A stretch of 24,307 nucleotides of DNA from a virus (IMGVR_UViG_3300048121_000534:1-24307); one strand, 5' to 3'; counted from the stretch's first letter, positions 7,977 through 17,149 are shown. The notes: a model not told the origin generated them from the sequence alone. Translations and numbers: made by a program.

Positions 7977-9656
7977 TCAAAATGGTACATTATCTTTTAT
8001 TACTTGTATTTTTTTTTCGCCTTGATATATCTCTTTATATATACCCCCATTATCAAAATCTGGAGCTATCTCAAAATCACCTAATTGTCCATTTTCTTTT
8101 CTTTTAACCTTTTCTACATGAACTCTAACAACATCACTTTTGTATTTTGTTTTTTGCCCTATGCATCTATAAGCAATTAAGCCATTATATGCCTTATTAA
8201 AAAAATCAGCTGAGCCAGAAATATCGTATAATGTTGGCTTTTTATATACACCACCCTCACTTTCTATTTTTCTAGGATGTGCCACTAAAAATAGATGAGT
8301 GTTAGTTTGTTGACAAAATTGTGTTATTTGACTTAATATTTTACCAATATAACTATGATCTCTTTGTGCTGAGTGGTCGAGCATATTCCAGGGATCTATG
8401 ACACAAACATTTATACCTTTTTGAAATACAAGCTCCCTAAATGCATTTAAAATACCTTTTAAGGTTAAATTTTCTAAATCAATTTTAATCCAAAAAAAAT
8501 GATCTTCAATAAAATCTTTTGTATTGTTTAAATCATCACTATTGCAATTTTTTTGATTTAATTTATTAGCTATTCTTTTTATATGTCCCTCATAAGGAAA
8601 ACTCTCAGGCGAAAACATTGCACATCTAAAATCGTGCTTAGTAGATATATTACACAATATTTGATCTAGTATATCGGATTTACCAGAGTTTGGTATCCCA
8701 CTAACAACTGTCCACTCGCCAAACGCCATTTTAAAATATTCATCAGATCCTGGTAAACCAATAGAATAATTAGTTATGCCATTTTCATTATAATTTAGTA
8801 CATCTTGCCATATATTGTCTAAATTTAACACGCCCTCAAGTGGAAAATCTTTAGCTTGTTTTATTATATTTCTAAGTGCCTCAGCTCCCTTTTCAATCAA
8901 AACTTCATTAGCATCTTTGAAATCACCGAACTCAACATACTTACATCTATACTTTCCAAATCTCCTAGCTAGTTCATTTCTTAATTGTAAACCAGCATCA
9001 TCATTATCTGTACAAAGTATAATTTCTTTTTTGTCTTTAAAATATTTATAGCAATTATCTAAATACTCTAGTTTTTGAGATCCTTTACTAGCACCATTAG
9101 GAACACTACAAACACTATATAAACCAGCTTCATGCAAACTAAGCGCATCCATCTCGCCCTCAACTATGTAACATTTTTGTAATTCTTTTATATTATCAAT
9201 ACCATAAAATATAAGCTCAGCACCAGAAACTAATTTAAAATTCTTTTCACCATCTCTATACTTTACATTAACAACTTGATTATTTCTATAATAATTAAAA
9301 TTTATACATCTTCTTTTAGCTTGTACTTGAGGCATATATTCTAATGATTCGCCTATTTTCCAATGTATTAATGTTGGCTCAGTTATGCCTCTATTGCTGA
9401 ACCATTTTACAACTCTCTCAGCGATATTAGAATTAAATTTTGGAGGTAAAACATATTCAATTTTTTTCTTAAATTTAACATTCCCACCCCATCCACAATT
9501 ATGACAATTATACAAACCCTCATCAATATTTACTGATAAACAATCATCTTTTTTGTTTTTTCTAGTATGTGAACACTTAGGGCATCTAGTTTTGACAGAT
9601 CCTTGAAATCTTTTCAGTATTATACCTAAGTCGAGTAAGTCGTTATAGTGATTCAT
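7977..9656 (-). CDS. Bifunctional DNA primase-helicase (T7 gp4/Twinkle-like)
   Basis: Zn ribbon CPKC...CHNCG, TOPRIM VEGEMDALS and DNDDAG, KDANE, Walker A GIPNSGKS, IDPWN, LVAHPRK, ISGSA. Confidence 0.93.
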   Translation of the reverse strand: MNHYNDLLDLGIILKRFQGSVKTRCPKCSHTRKNKKDDCLSVNIDEGLYNCHNCGWGGNVKFKKKIEYVLPPKFNSNIAERVVKWFSNRGITEPTLIHWKIGESLEYMPQVQAKRRCINFNYYRNNQVVNVKYRDGEKNFKLVSGAELIFYGIDNIKELQKCYIVEGEMDALSLHEAGLYSVCSVPNGASKGSQKLEYLDNCYKYFKDKKEIILCTDNDDAGLQLRNELARRFGKYRCKYVEFGDFKDANEVLIEKGAEALRNIIKQAKDFPLEGVLNLDNIWQDVLNYNENGITNYSIGLPGSDEYFKMAFGEWTVVSGIPNSGKSDILDQILCNISTKHDFRCAMFSPESFPYEGHIKRIANKLNQKNCNSDDLNNTKDFIEDHFFWIKIDLENLTLKGILNAFRELVFQKGINVCVIDPWNMLDHSAQRDHSYIGKILSQITQFCQQTNTHLFLVAHPRKIESEGGVYKKPTLYDISGSADFFNKAYNGLIAYRCIGQKTKYKSDVVRVHVEKVKRKENGQLGDFEIAPDFDNGGIYKEIYQGEKKIQVIKDNVPF

Positions 9657-9690
9657 AAATAAAAATATTTTTTAAATATAGAAATTTTTT

Positions 9691-10200
9691 TTAAATATTT
9701 AACAAAAAAATTAGTTCTTTATGGCTTAAAAGTTTGTTTTTTTCTAAAACATAAGATTTTACTCTAGTCATTTTTTTATTGCAATCTTGAAAAATTATAT
9801 TATTTAAGGTAAACCCCTCAAAAGTATAGTTTGGGTAATTGCTAGTAAACAAAGCAAATATTTTACAATCTGTATTTGCATATTCAGGAATCATCAAAGG
9901 GTGATGTTTTCGATTAACTTTTACATCTACACTATGACCTAACCAGGTTGCATCATAATCATCTGTTTTATTTACCTTACTAGTGTTATGTATTTTGAAA
10001 TCAGGATATAAATTATTTTCCCTTGCAAATATAAACTCGCCACCGAAACCAATAATATTCAACTCAAGTTCAGATTGTACATTAACTGTTTTGTAACCAT
10101 TCCAACCAGTTTTTATTTTATTATTATGCCTTTGCTCAGCTGATAGCTTAACAATGGCTTGTTCGTATTTATCAAGTTTGTAAACCTTACCTATTATCAC
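9691..10200 (-). CDS. Hypothetical protein, possible PD-(D/E)xK nuclease fold
   Basis: GFGGEFIFA...DDYD...VDVK arrangement; GTG start. Confidence 0.5.
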   Translation of the reverse strand: MIIGKVYKLDKYEQAIVKLSAEQRHNNKIKTGWNGYKTVNVQSELELNIIGFGGEFIFARENNLYPDFKIHNTSKVNKTDDYDATWLGHSVDVKVNRKHHPLMIPEYANTDCKIFALFTSNYPNYTFEGFTLNNIIFQDCNKKMTRVKSYVLEKNKLLSHKELIFLLNI

Positions 10201-11047
10201 TAGATATAATTTTTTTTATTTGATTTATTTGATATTTATTTAAGGTTTGTGAAATATTAAACTCATTTAGTTTTCCTTTTTTTGTATCAGCGCCTAATAA
10301 TGTTTTTCCATTTTCCTGGTAAATAAAATATTTAATCAATCCCTTAACACGCCACCAAAATTTAGGTTTGTTTGCATTGTCATAAGTTTCAATATACTTA
10401 TGTACGTACATGATTCCATTTTTATCTTTATTTCTAAGTTTTAATAAACTTAAAAAATGCACACCCCAGAACTCATGTTCTCTAATAAACTTAACTACTA
10501 GCCAGAGTTTATGAAAATCTAATTTTTCGATTCTCTCTAATTTATCTAAACAACTTATCCATTTATTTTTTTGGCTTTCAGTTTGTGGCTGATATTTTTT
10601 TGGAAATAAGTTTACAAAATGAGGGTAAACTTTTAAAACTAAATTACTATGCATATTATTACTTTCTATATTGTTATCATTATATATATTAATATTACTT
10701 TGTGGAGGATTTTCCGATTTCGGTTTTTTCCGATCTCGGTTTTTCCGACTTCGGTTTGCTTTTAAAATATAGTTATAACCCTTGAATTTACCTTTATCGG
10801 TAACCCTGTCCCTTTCTATATAACCAGCATCTATAAGCTCTTTTAATTTTGATGCTATGGCATCTTTGCCCTCTTTAAAATGGTTACAGATAAATTGTAT
10901 TGTTATTTCTTGTTCAGCTGTGTGAGAAAATAAATAAGCATACAAACCAGTAGCACCAACTGAAATATCTTTATGCCTAAATATATAGCTAGGTATGATA
11001 GTAAAGTGGTCAAACTTTTTAGGTTTTAAAATCTTATTGTATTTCAT
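10187..11047 (-). CDS. Phage replication initiator (N-terminal wHTH, lambda O-like layout)
   Basis: FTIIPSYIFRHKDISVGATGLYAYLFS...EGKDAIASKLKELIDAGYIER; internal iterons in the low-complexity linker. Confidence 0.78.
   Translation of the reverse strand: MKYNKILKPKKFDHFTIIPSYIFRHKDISVGATGLYAYLFSHTAEQEITIQFICNHFKEGKDAIASKLKELIDAGYIERDRVTDKGKFKGYNYILKANRSRKNRDRKKPKSENPPQSNINIYNDNNIESNNMHSNLVLKVYPHFVNLFPKKYQPQTESQKNKWISCLDKLERIEKLDFHKLWLVVKFIREHEFWGVHFLSLLKLRNKDKNGIMYVHKYIETYDNANKPKFWWRVKGLIKYFIYQENGKTLLGADTKKGKLNEFNISQTLNKYQINQIKKIISSDNR
10714..10754. repeat. Three palindromic iterons CCGA-NN-TCGG (putative replication origin)
   Basis: ccgatttcgg at 10714, ccgatctcgg at 10730, ccgacttcgg at 10745, each flanked by T runs; AT-rich tract at ~10640-10700. 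Confidence 0.75.
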
Positions 11048-11070
11048 AAATAAGTCGCTAAGTAATAAAA

Positions 11071-11322
11071 TTAATGTTTGTCAACCAAACCTTTAATTCC
11101 ATCACAAAATGTTTTAAGCTCTCGGAAAGTATCAAAAAATTGATTATAAGTTATATCTCCATCTTCATACATAAACCAAAGTAATTCCATCAATAAGTCA
11201 AACTCAGCTTCACTAGCAACCCCTATAAACTTGTAATCGTATTTAAAACCATCTGAGCTAGATTGTGTCCATCTTACTTTTTGATTCTCTTCCTCAAAAT
11301 ATATTTTTTTTGATCTAGCCAT
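11071..11322 (-). CDS. Hypothetical protein
   Basis: 83 aa ORF whose start overlaps the VRR-NUC stop codon. Confidence 0.7.
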   Translation of the reverse strand: MARSKKIYFEEENQKVRWTQSSSDGFKYDYKFIGVASEAEFDLLMELLWFMYEDGDITYNQFFDTFRELKTFCDGIKGLVDKH

Positions 11323-11693
11323 TATTTGTTGTTAAAATATTTATCTATTATTTCAATGCATTCATCTAAATTATTACTCCAAACAGCCACCCAGTTCTTG
11401 TTTTCAAGCGATTTAAGCCACTTTTTTTGATTTTCGGTAGGTTTGTTATACCCAGCTTTTAATTCTATGGCTAAACCATTTTTAGTTTTGTTCGGATCAA
11501 AAATCATTATGTCAGGAATACCAGGTTTTGTGCCTAAGTATTTCATTTTGTATTGCTCAAATGGTGTTCTTTTACCCTCGTTAGCGACATGAGTGAACAA
11601 TGCTTTAGGGTATTTTAAACCAATATATCTCATAACCTGATTCTGCAATACATCTTCTTTGCCTAAGTATTTTGCAAATGGATTCCTTTTCAT
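11322..11693 (-). CDS. VRR-NUC domain nuclease (Holliday junction resolvase-like)
   Basis: EDVLQ, HVANEG, GIPD, AIELK and PTENQKKW. Confidence 0.9.
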   Translation of the reverse strand: MKRNPFAKYLGKEDVLQNQVMRYIGLKYPKALFTHVANEGKRTPFEQYKMKYLGTKPGIPDIMIFDPNKTKNGLAIELKAGYNKPTENQKKWLKSLENKNWVAVWSNNLDECIEIIDKYFNNK

Positions 11694-11721
11694 AAAGTTT
11701 TTTTACAAAATTAAAAAATAT

Positions 11722-12195
11722 TTAGTCAGTATCGGCCATAATATAAATAATTCGTTTCATTTCTATATTTTCAGCGAATATTTTTTTATATCTACGATCT
11801 AATTGTTCCAATCTGGTTTTTAAATTTTCACATTGCATTAAGTAAAAATTATGATCAGTAACTAACCTTTCAATGCTTTTACCATTTTTAGTTTCTACAT
11901 AATCCTTTTCAGCTTCTTTGACAATTTTATTATATATTTTACTTTTCACCGGATCATGCTTTATAATATATGGCAACTCTTTTAAACTATGCATTACAGT
12001 AGCATGATTTTTATTGACTGATTTGCCAATTTTTGCAAAGCTCATCTCTCCAAAATTTCTACATAAATAATAATAACAAGCTCTAGCAAAAACATAATCA
12101 AACTCTCTAGTAAGTTTGTTTAGTTTTACTTGAGTATGCCTTTCAACTATCTCTCTATATTTTTCTACTTTTCTATTATAATATATATGATCCAT
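11722..12195 (-). CDS. Protein with a DnaA C-terminal (domain IV)-like HTH plus coiled coil
   Basis: TREFDYVFARACYYYLCR...SFAKIGKSVNKNHATVMHSLK; start moved to ATG 12195 (MDHIYY). Confidence 0.8.
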   Translation of the reverse strand: MDHIYYNRKVEKYREIVERHTQVKLNKLTREFDYVFARACYYYLCRNFGEMSFAKIGKSVNKNHATVMHSLKELPYIIKHDPVKSKIYNKIVKEAEKDYVETKNGKSIERLVTDHNFYLMQCENLKTRLEQLDRRYKKIFAENIEMKRIIYIMADTD

Positions 12196-12931
12196 CTTTG
12201 TCGTATTTATACCAATGATAACCTGGCATAATACCAGATTCAACGTAAATTTTCCATTTTGAAAATGCTTGTTTATATGCATTGCGGCCAAACTCAATTA
12301 TCTCATCACTTAGTTTATAAACCTCAACTGTATAAGGATGTGTGGTCGTAACTGCTATGAATCTAAAATCATCTATGCCACACATATCCATATAAAATGC
12401 GGCTTGTAAATGATAACCCCATTTATAAATATCTCTTTTAAATGCCTCAGGCGAATTGTCTTGGCAAGTTTTAACATCACTAATAAAATTAGAAATTCTA
12501 TTTATACAATCTGGTCGCACCCTAACATCTATGCCCTCATATTGAGTATAGTGAGATAATTCAATTTCGCCTTTGCAATATTTCTGGGCCAACTCATGTT
12601 GTCTGAAATTACCAAGTATGGATTTAATAATTTCATGCGAATCAGATTCTAAAATTATTTTGCCATCTGCTAATTTCATTTGCTTTTCATATTCCTCTTT
12701 TCCAGCTTTAGTTCTTTTGTTAATTTTTTCAATGACATGATAAATGTCATAAAAATCATCTGGCTCTAATAATGCTTGATGAACAGCAGTTCCAAGTGCC
12801 ATTGCTGGAGTTTCTTTAAACTTTTGATTAATTAAGTGATATACAGATTTTTTATATATCGTTTTTAAACCACTAGCGCTTATACTACTATGCGAATGGT
12901 ATTGGTCGTTACTATCTTTAATTACTTTCAT
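12176..12931 (-). CDS. Exonuclease VIII/RecE-like PD-(D/E)xK nuclease (DUF3799-like)
   Basis: YH...ISASGLK, LGTAVH..LLEP, RVRPD, SDVKT and YHLQAAFY. Confidence 0.88.
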   Translation of the reverse strand: MKVIKDSNDQYHSHSSISASGLKTIYKKSVYHLINQKFKETPAMALGTAVHQALLEPDDFYDIYHVIEKINKRTKAGKEEYEKQMKLADGKIILESDSHEIIKSILGNFRQHELAQKYCKGEIELSHYTQYEGIDVRVRPDCINRISNFISDVKTCQDNSPEAFKRDIYKWGYHLQAAFYMDMCGIDDFRFIAVTTTHPYTVEVYKLSDEIIEFGRNAYKQAFSKWKIYVESGIMPGYHWYKYDKDGSYIL

Positions 12932-13121
12932 AAACTTTAATTCTTTTAACTATTAATTCTTGTACTTTTTTCAATAACTCTATTTTTTCCCTTTGAGTTT
13001 CTGTACCCTCAGGCAATCTTATCCACCAGTGGGTTGATGTTTCTGGACAAAAAATATCTTTTAATAAGTTGCCAAATCTTCTCATTGGTCGATAAATTTT
13101 GTAAACTCTATTTACTTTCAT
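12918..13121 (-). CDS. Hypothetical protein
   Basis: 67 aa ORF overlapping the start of the exonuclease. Confidence 0.6.
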   Translation of the reverse strand: MKVNRVYKIYRPMRRFGNLLKDIFCPETSTHWWIRLPEGTETQREKIELLKKVQELIVKRIKVYESN

Positions 13122-13133
13122 AATTTTTAATTT

Positions 13134-13580
13134 TTAAATTGTTTTTAATAAGTGATAATTAGTTTGATCTTTGATTATTAACTCACCCTTTTTATTATCC
13201 CTCATCCATTGATCAGTTTCATCAATATTAAATACCCATGTTCTTCCAGTATGGATTCCTGGCATACCTTTTTTTCTATATTTTAAAATAGTCATAACAC
13301 CTAAATCATATCTTAATCTTAAAACACCTTTTGAAACCCACCATTTATTTTTAAATCGTAATTTATATAAAAACCCTTTAGGATATTGTTTATATAAATT
13401 TTCTTGTTCAATTTCATTTGATGTTTTACTTTCTATAACCTTTGCTGAATTTTTCATATTAAACATTTTAAACAATTCTTTAAAGTTTCTTTTACCATCT
13501 TCTGACATTTTAGGATATTCATTTTCTAAATCATATAATATTAATTGTAATTTAATGTATTCTTCTAGTACGTTTTTCAT
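13134..13580 (-). CDS. Hypothetical protein with C-terminal excisionase-like wHTH
   Basis: YDLGVMTILKYRKKGMPGIHTGRTWVFNIDETDQWM. Confidence 0.55.
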   Translation of the reverse strand: MKNVLEEYIKLQLILYDLENEYPKMSEDGKRNFKELFKMFNMKNSAKVIESKTSNEIEQENLYKQYPKGFLYKLRFKNKWWVSKGVLRLRYDLGVMTILKYRKKGMPGIHTGRTWVFNIDETDQWMRDNKKGELIIKDQTNYHLLKTI

Positions 13581-13600
13581 AAATAAATTTTAAATTAGTT

Positions 13601-13747
13601 TTAATACAACTCTGGGAAATTTAATTTACCAGCTAAGTTATTGGCTGCTCTATCTGTTTTAAACATTTTTACAGATGAATTATCTTTACTGTCAACTACT
13701 TCAAAATAATCACCATTTACCCAAACTTCAAATCTTAATGTATCCAT
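13601..13747 (-). CDS. Small hypothetical protein, 48 aa (absent from the ORF track)
   Basis: MDTLRFEVWVNGDYFEVVDSKDNSSVKMFKTDRAANNLAGKLNFPELY; A-rich start directly after a promoter. Confidence 0.65.
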   Translation of the reverse strand: MDTLRFEVWVNGDYFEVVDSKDNSSVKMFKTDRAANNLAGKLNFPELY

Positions 13748-13765
13748 TTTATTAATTTAATACTT

Positions 13766-13794
13766 CTAAATTAAAAAAAAATTTTTAATTACAA
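13766..13794 (-). promoter_or_regulatory. Promoter TTG-N18-TAATTTAG
   Basis: Same spacing and the same 18-mer as the 4922-4950 promoter. Confidence 0.6.
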
Positions 13795-13815
13795 AAATTA
13801 TTTTAAAAATATTAT

Positions 13816-13849
13816 AAAAAAAAAGGCACGAAATTAATCATGCCCTTTT
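13816..13849 (-). terminator. Rho-independent terminator
   Basis: Minus strand AAAAGGGCATGA-TTAATT-TCGTGCC followed by T9. Confidence 0.85.
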
Positions 13850-13870
13850 AAATTCCTTTGTTTGCCAGTA

Positions 13871-14050
13871 TTATAAAGGAATATCTAATTTTTCAATATT
13901 ATCTTTTCCAATCCAATTATTTTCTAAGTCAATGACTTTATAATTGTATTTAACTAAAAGATGTATTGCACTATTAATCTCTCTAGATTTGGTTCTAAAA
14001 TGATCAAAAGTTTCACCCTCAATGGCTTGTGTTTTATTTTCAAATGCCAT
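13871..14050 (-). CDS. Small hypothetical protein, 59 aa (absent from the ORF track)
   Basis: MAFENKTQAIEGETFDHFRTKSREINSAIHLLVKYNYKVIDLENNWIGKDNIEKLDIPL; fills the gap between the SSB-like gene and the terminator. Confidence 0.7.
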   Translation of the reverse strand: MAFENKTQAIEGETFDHFRTKSREINSAIHLLVKYNYKVIDLENNWIGKDNIEKLDIPL

Positions 14051-14061
14051 TAGAATAAAAT

Positions 14062-14325
14062 TTAAAATGGCAAATCATTACTAGCTTGACTGGATTCACT
14101 AGCTTTTGATTCTTGTTTAGGTTGCCAAGTATTTATCTCACCATAGTATTTACCACTTTGAGATTTTTTTAGATCTATATTAACCCAGCCATTTTTAGTG
14201 TGTTTATCTAAAAAAGGTTTGAACTCATCAACCTTTACACTAAGGTTACCAATTACAAAATCAGGTGCATTGTCATTTCTTTTAACAATTAAACCCTCTG
14301 TAAAAATTTTTTCATTTGCTTCCAT
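14062..14325 (-). CDS. Putative single-stranded DNA-binding protein
   Basis: Small beta-rich domain, disordered linker and C-terminal NDLPF tail; adjacent to the SSAP. Confidence 0.65.
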   Translation of the reverse strand: MEANEKIFTEGLIVKRNDNAPDFVIGNLSVKVDEFKPFLDKHTKNGWVNIDLKKSQSGKYYGEINTWQPKQESKASESSQASNDLPF

Positions 14326-14329
14326 ATTA

Positions 14330-14818
14330 TTATTTTAAATTAAATTGATTATTTATTTTGGTTCTATATTCTTTTTTCATCTTATAATTAGCAACCACCT
14401 TTTCAGCTTGTTCTTTTGTGCCTTTAAGTGTTGCAATTAATTGAGTTTCATTCAACCAAGATCTGTCATCTTTTGGTTGATTGTTTACAGCTGTTTGAAC
14501 CTCATCAGCTGATGCAATAGCAGTATCAATACCAATACCCAAATAACCTAATGCCCTACCTAAAGCACTAGTAAAACCATTTTCTACAAATGATGTCTTG
14601 TTAATATAGCTTGAATCTCTATATTCTTGAGCATGAGCAACTGCCATTTCAAATCCTTCTGGATTTATTATGGTTACTTTAAATAACCCCTCTTTGTCAT
14701 CTAAGGAAACTACATCCTCAGATATTCGCCACCCTTTGTATTGTGGCTGGGATCTAAAATATATTAGTCGTTCATTGACTGTAATATATTCTTTTCCCTT
14801 AATGTTTACTGATTTCAT
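14330..14818 (-). CDS. Putative single-strand annealing recombinase (Sak/Rad52-like)
   Basis: KGKEYITVNERL and TSFVENGFTSALGRALGYLGIG; context with SSB-like and RecE-like genes. Confidence 0.65.
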   Translation of the reverse strand: MKSVNIKGKEYITVNERLIYFRSQPQYKGWRISEDVVSLDDKEGLFKVTIINPEGFEMAVAHAQEYRDSSYINKTSFVENGFTSALGRALGYLGIGIDTAIASADEVQTAVNNQPKDDRSWLNETQLIATLKGTKEQAEKVVANYKMKKEYRTKINNQFNLK

Positions 14819-14830
14819 AAATTAAAAGTA

Positions 14831-15016
14831 TTAAATTAAACGTTTTATATCAAATCCAGAGTTTTTAAGTTTCGTAATGTCATCAACAGTTAACCGCCCT
14901 GGATTCTCAATTTTGCTTTTAAGTGTTGGCATAGTACAACCTAAGATTGTACAAATTTGGTAGCGCTTAAATCCTAATCTTTTAAGCTCATTCCTAAAAT
15001 GAATTTCAAATATCAT
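14831..15016 (-). CDS. Small Cro-like HTH protein
   Basis: LKRLGFKRYQICTILGCTMPTLKSKIENPG; first gene after the terminator and promoter. Confidence 0.6.
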   Translation of the reverse strand: MIFEIHFRNELKRLGFKRYQICTILGCTMPTLKSKIENPGRLTVDDITKLKNSGFDIKRLI

Positions 15017-15032
15017 ATATATTATTTTTACA

Positions 15033-15040
15033 CAAAAATA
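15033..15040 (-). promoter_or_regulatory. -7 element TATTTTTG for the early/replication operon
   Basis: TAnnTTTG 16 nt upstream of ATG 15016. Confidence 0.5.
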
Positions 15041-15087
15041 AAAAAATATTTTTAAATAAAAGAATTATTTTAATTTATTTACAAAAT

Positions 15088-15122
15088 GAAACCCCTAAAG
15101 TGTTAGGCACTAAAGGGGTTTC
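15088..15122 (-). terminator. Hairpin ending the tail operon
   Basis: GAAACCCCT-TT-AGTG-CCTAA-CACT-TT-AGGGGTTTC followed by ATTTTGT. Confidence 0.75.
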
Positions 15123-15148
15123 GCAGCAAACAAGGAAAAGAAAAAAGT

Positions 15149-17149
15149 TTAAAATGTTGCTTTAAATGTACTGGTTTGGTCATCATCTTGATTCGGTAAA
15201 TGCATTATAACTTCATATGTATTTCTTTTTACATTGTAAGTCATTGAATCCATAATACAGCTTACTGGTTCTCTTAAAACACTTGAACCAAAATCAACCC
15301 ATATTTTATTTTGTAAACCCATTGGATCAGTAAGTAAATTATATAATTTACCCTCATATCTAACCAGGTTAGTTCTATAATCATTTATAACTTGTTGACT
15401 AACTATCTTTTCCATAGTAGATTCAAAGTTAGCATTGTTATCTCTTGGGCGCATTACTCGACCAGTTGCACTTAATGCATTAGCATAATTATTATGCGAT
15501 AATTGTAAGTCAGTTATATCTAATTTACCAGACAAATTATCACTTGCGGCCCTTACTCTTTTATATTCAAAATCATCTATTTTACCATAAAATGGTGTAC
15601 GTTTGTCTCCATCTTTTCTATCAAACTCTATACTGATATTGTCATAATATAAAGCATTTAAACCACCACTATTTTGCACATAAGGTTCGTATAAATCTAA
15701 TTTTAAAGTTCCGCTATAAGGAAACGAACCTAAATCATATTTAAATTCTTGCCATTTGTCAGGATCTTCATCAATTTCTTGAGTATTGATTACAGCAGTA
15801 GTTGTCCAACTTTCTGTACTATCATTCCAGTAATATGTGGGATCAGTTGGCGGAATTGGTGTATTATCCTCAATTCTCAACTGCCATCTAAAACTTACAG
15901 CGCCATAATTAGCATTAACATCAAAATAAGTATTTATATACAATATATGCCCTAGATGTGTTGAATTAACTACATAAACATCACCACTTGTTAATGTTTT
16001 TCTAGTATTAGTGCTGGTTTGTGTTTGTGAGTTTTTAAAACTTTGATTGCCTTGTTTTGCAAAATCTGTTGAAATTTCACCAGGTGATGTTGTTGCTGTT
16101 GATGTATATGTACTCCAAAAATTTAATCCATTTTCAAAGCCACTGTTTTGAAAGTTGTTTGTTTCTAAATATTGTGATGTCTCATGTGTTATTGCAAGCT
16201 CATTTAATGGGCGTAAATATTCTTTTGCTAAACTATTTTCTAATGGCGTTAAATCAGTTGGCAATTTTCTTAAAACCTCTATATTGGATGTCGATTGGTG
16301 TGTGCCTTGATAATTATAAATAACAAATTCTGGCAACTCAGTACCATTGTTAACCAAATTAGCAGTTTCAGATGCTCTAATATTTGTTGGCACAGTTCCG
16401 CCAGCAGCAGTATTTGCACTAGCATCTTTAACAGCTTGTCCAGAATAACTAGAATTGTTTACAATATACCATCTTCCATAACTTTGGAAAATTCTAGCAT
16501 TTGTAAATTTTAAAATTTGTTCTAGTGTATGTTTTGCATTATTTATACCAAATTTATCTTTCATTAAGGTATATGGATTTATAAACATTATGTCATAAAT
16601 ACTATATTGTGTGCTTATTGGATTTCTAACAAAAATATCTTGACTAACATAAATATCTAAATCTAAATCTAAATTTTCTAAAGTTGATGTTATCCATTGC
16701 CTAGCTGAAATTGAACTATAACTATCCTGATATAAAGTCATGTCAAACCCACCTAAAGTTCCTAAACCATCTAGTGCTTTTAATGATATTGGGAAAGGTT
16801 TAGATGTTATTGCCTCTCTAAATTGATCAGTCACTAACCAACCTATCCAGTACGTTTGATAGTTGTTATTAGCATCTTTATATGATATTTTTACTTGATA
16901 TTCTCTCTCATCAGCTTCGTAAAAGTCATCATAATTTGTGTCGTTTGTAACAAATAAATTTAAAGTACATTCTGAACCTTTTATTGGTGAGTAAAAATTA
17001 TCATCACCTTGCCAACTTATAATACATGGATCAGCGGCACCAACTAAATCATTTACCGCAGCGGTATAATTTTTTTTTAATATCTCTATTTTTTTACCAT
17101 TTTCTAAATCATCAGAAAACTCTAATCTGTATTTAACACCATATGCCAT
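15149..17149 (-). CDS. Tail-tip/minor tail protein with an internal CBM-like beta-sandwich
   Basis: Follows the TMP; YWIGWL...ISLKALDGLGTL, and an NFQNSGFENGLNFW...LYYDNISI carbohydrate-binding-like module. Confidence 0.7.
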   Translation of the reverse strand: MAYGVKYRLEFSDDLENGKKIEILKKNYTAAVNDLVGAADPCIISWQGDDNFYSPIKGSECTLNLFVTNDTNYDDFYEADEREYQVKISYKDANNNYQTYWIGWLVTDQFREAITSKPFPISLKALDGLGTLGGFDMTLYQDSYSSISARQWITSTLENLDLDLDIYVSQDIFVRNPISTQYSIYDIMFINPYTLMKDKFGINNAKHTLEQILKFTNARIFQSYGRWYIVNNSSYSGQAVKDASANTAAGGTVPTNIRASETANLVNNGTELPEFVIYNYQGTHQSTSNIEVLRKLPTDLTPLENSLAKEYLRPLNELAITHETSQYLETNNFQNSGFENGLNFWSTYTSTATTSPGEISTDFAKQGNQSFKNSQTQTSTNTRKTLTSGDVYVVNSTHLGHILYINTYFDVNANYGAVSFRWQLRIEDNTPIPPTDPTYYWNDSTESWTTTAVINTQEIDEDPDKWQEFKYDLGSFPYSGTLKLDLYEPYVQNSGGLNALYYDNISIEFDRKDGDKRTPFYGKIDDFEYKRVRAASDNLSGKLDITDLQLSHNNYANALSATGRVMRPRDNNANFESTMEKIVSQQVINDYRTNLVRYEGKLYNLLTDPMGLQNKIWVDFGSSVLREPVSCIMDSMTYNVKRNTYEVIMHLPNQDDDQTSTFKATF

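Noticed and set aside
10714-10754. Iteron repeats as a mini-CRISPR array
   Set aside because: The units are 10 bp with 5-6 bp T spacers inside a CDS, and there are no cas genes
13134-13580. Lysogeny module suggested by the excisionase-like HTH
   Set aside because: No integrase, divergent repressor or att site is seen, so lifestyle cannot be called
16655-16672. (atctaa)x3 microrepeat
   Set aside because: It simply encodes LDLDLD in frame; too short to suggest a contingency locus
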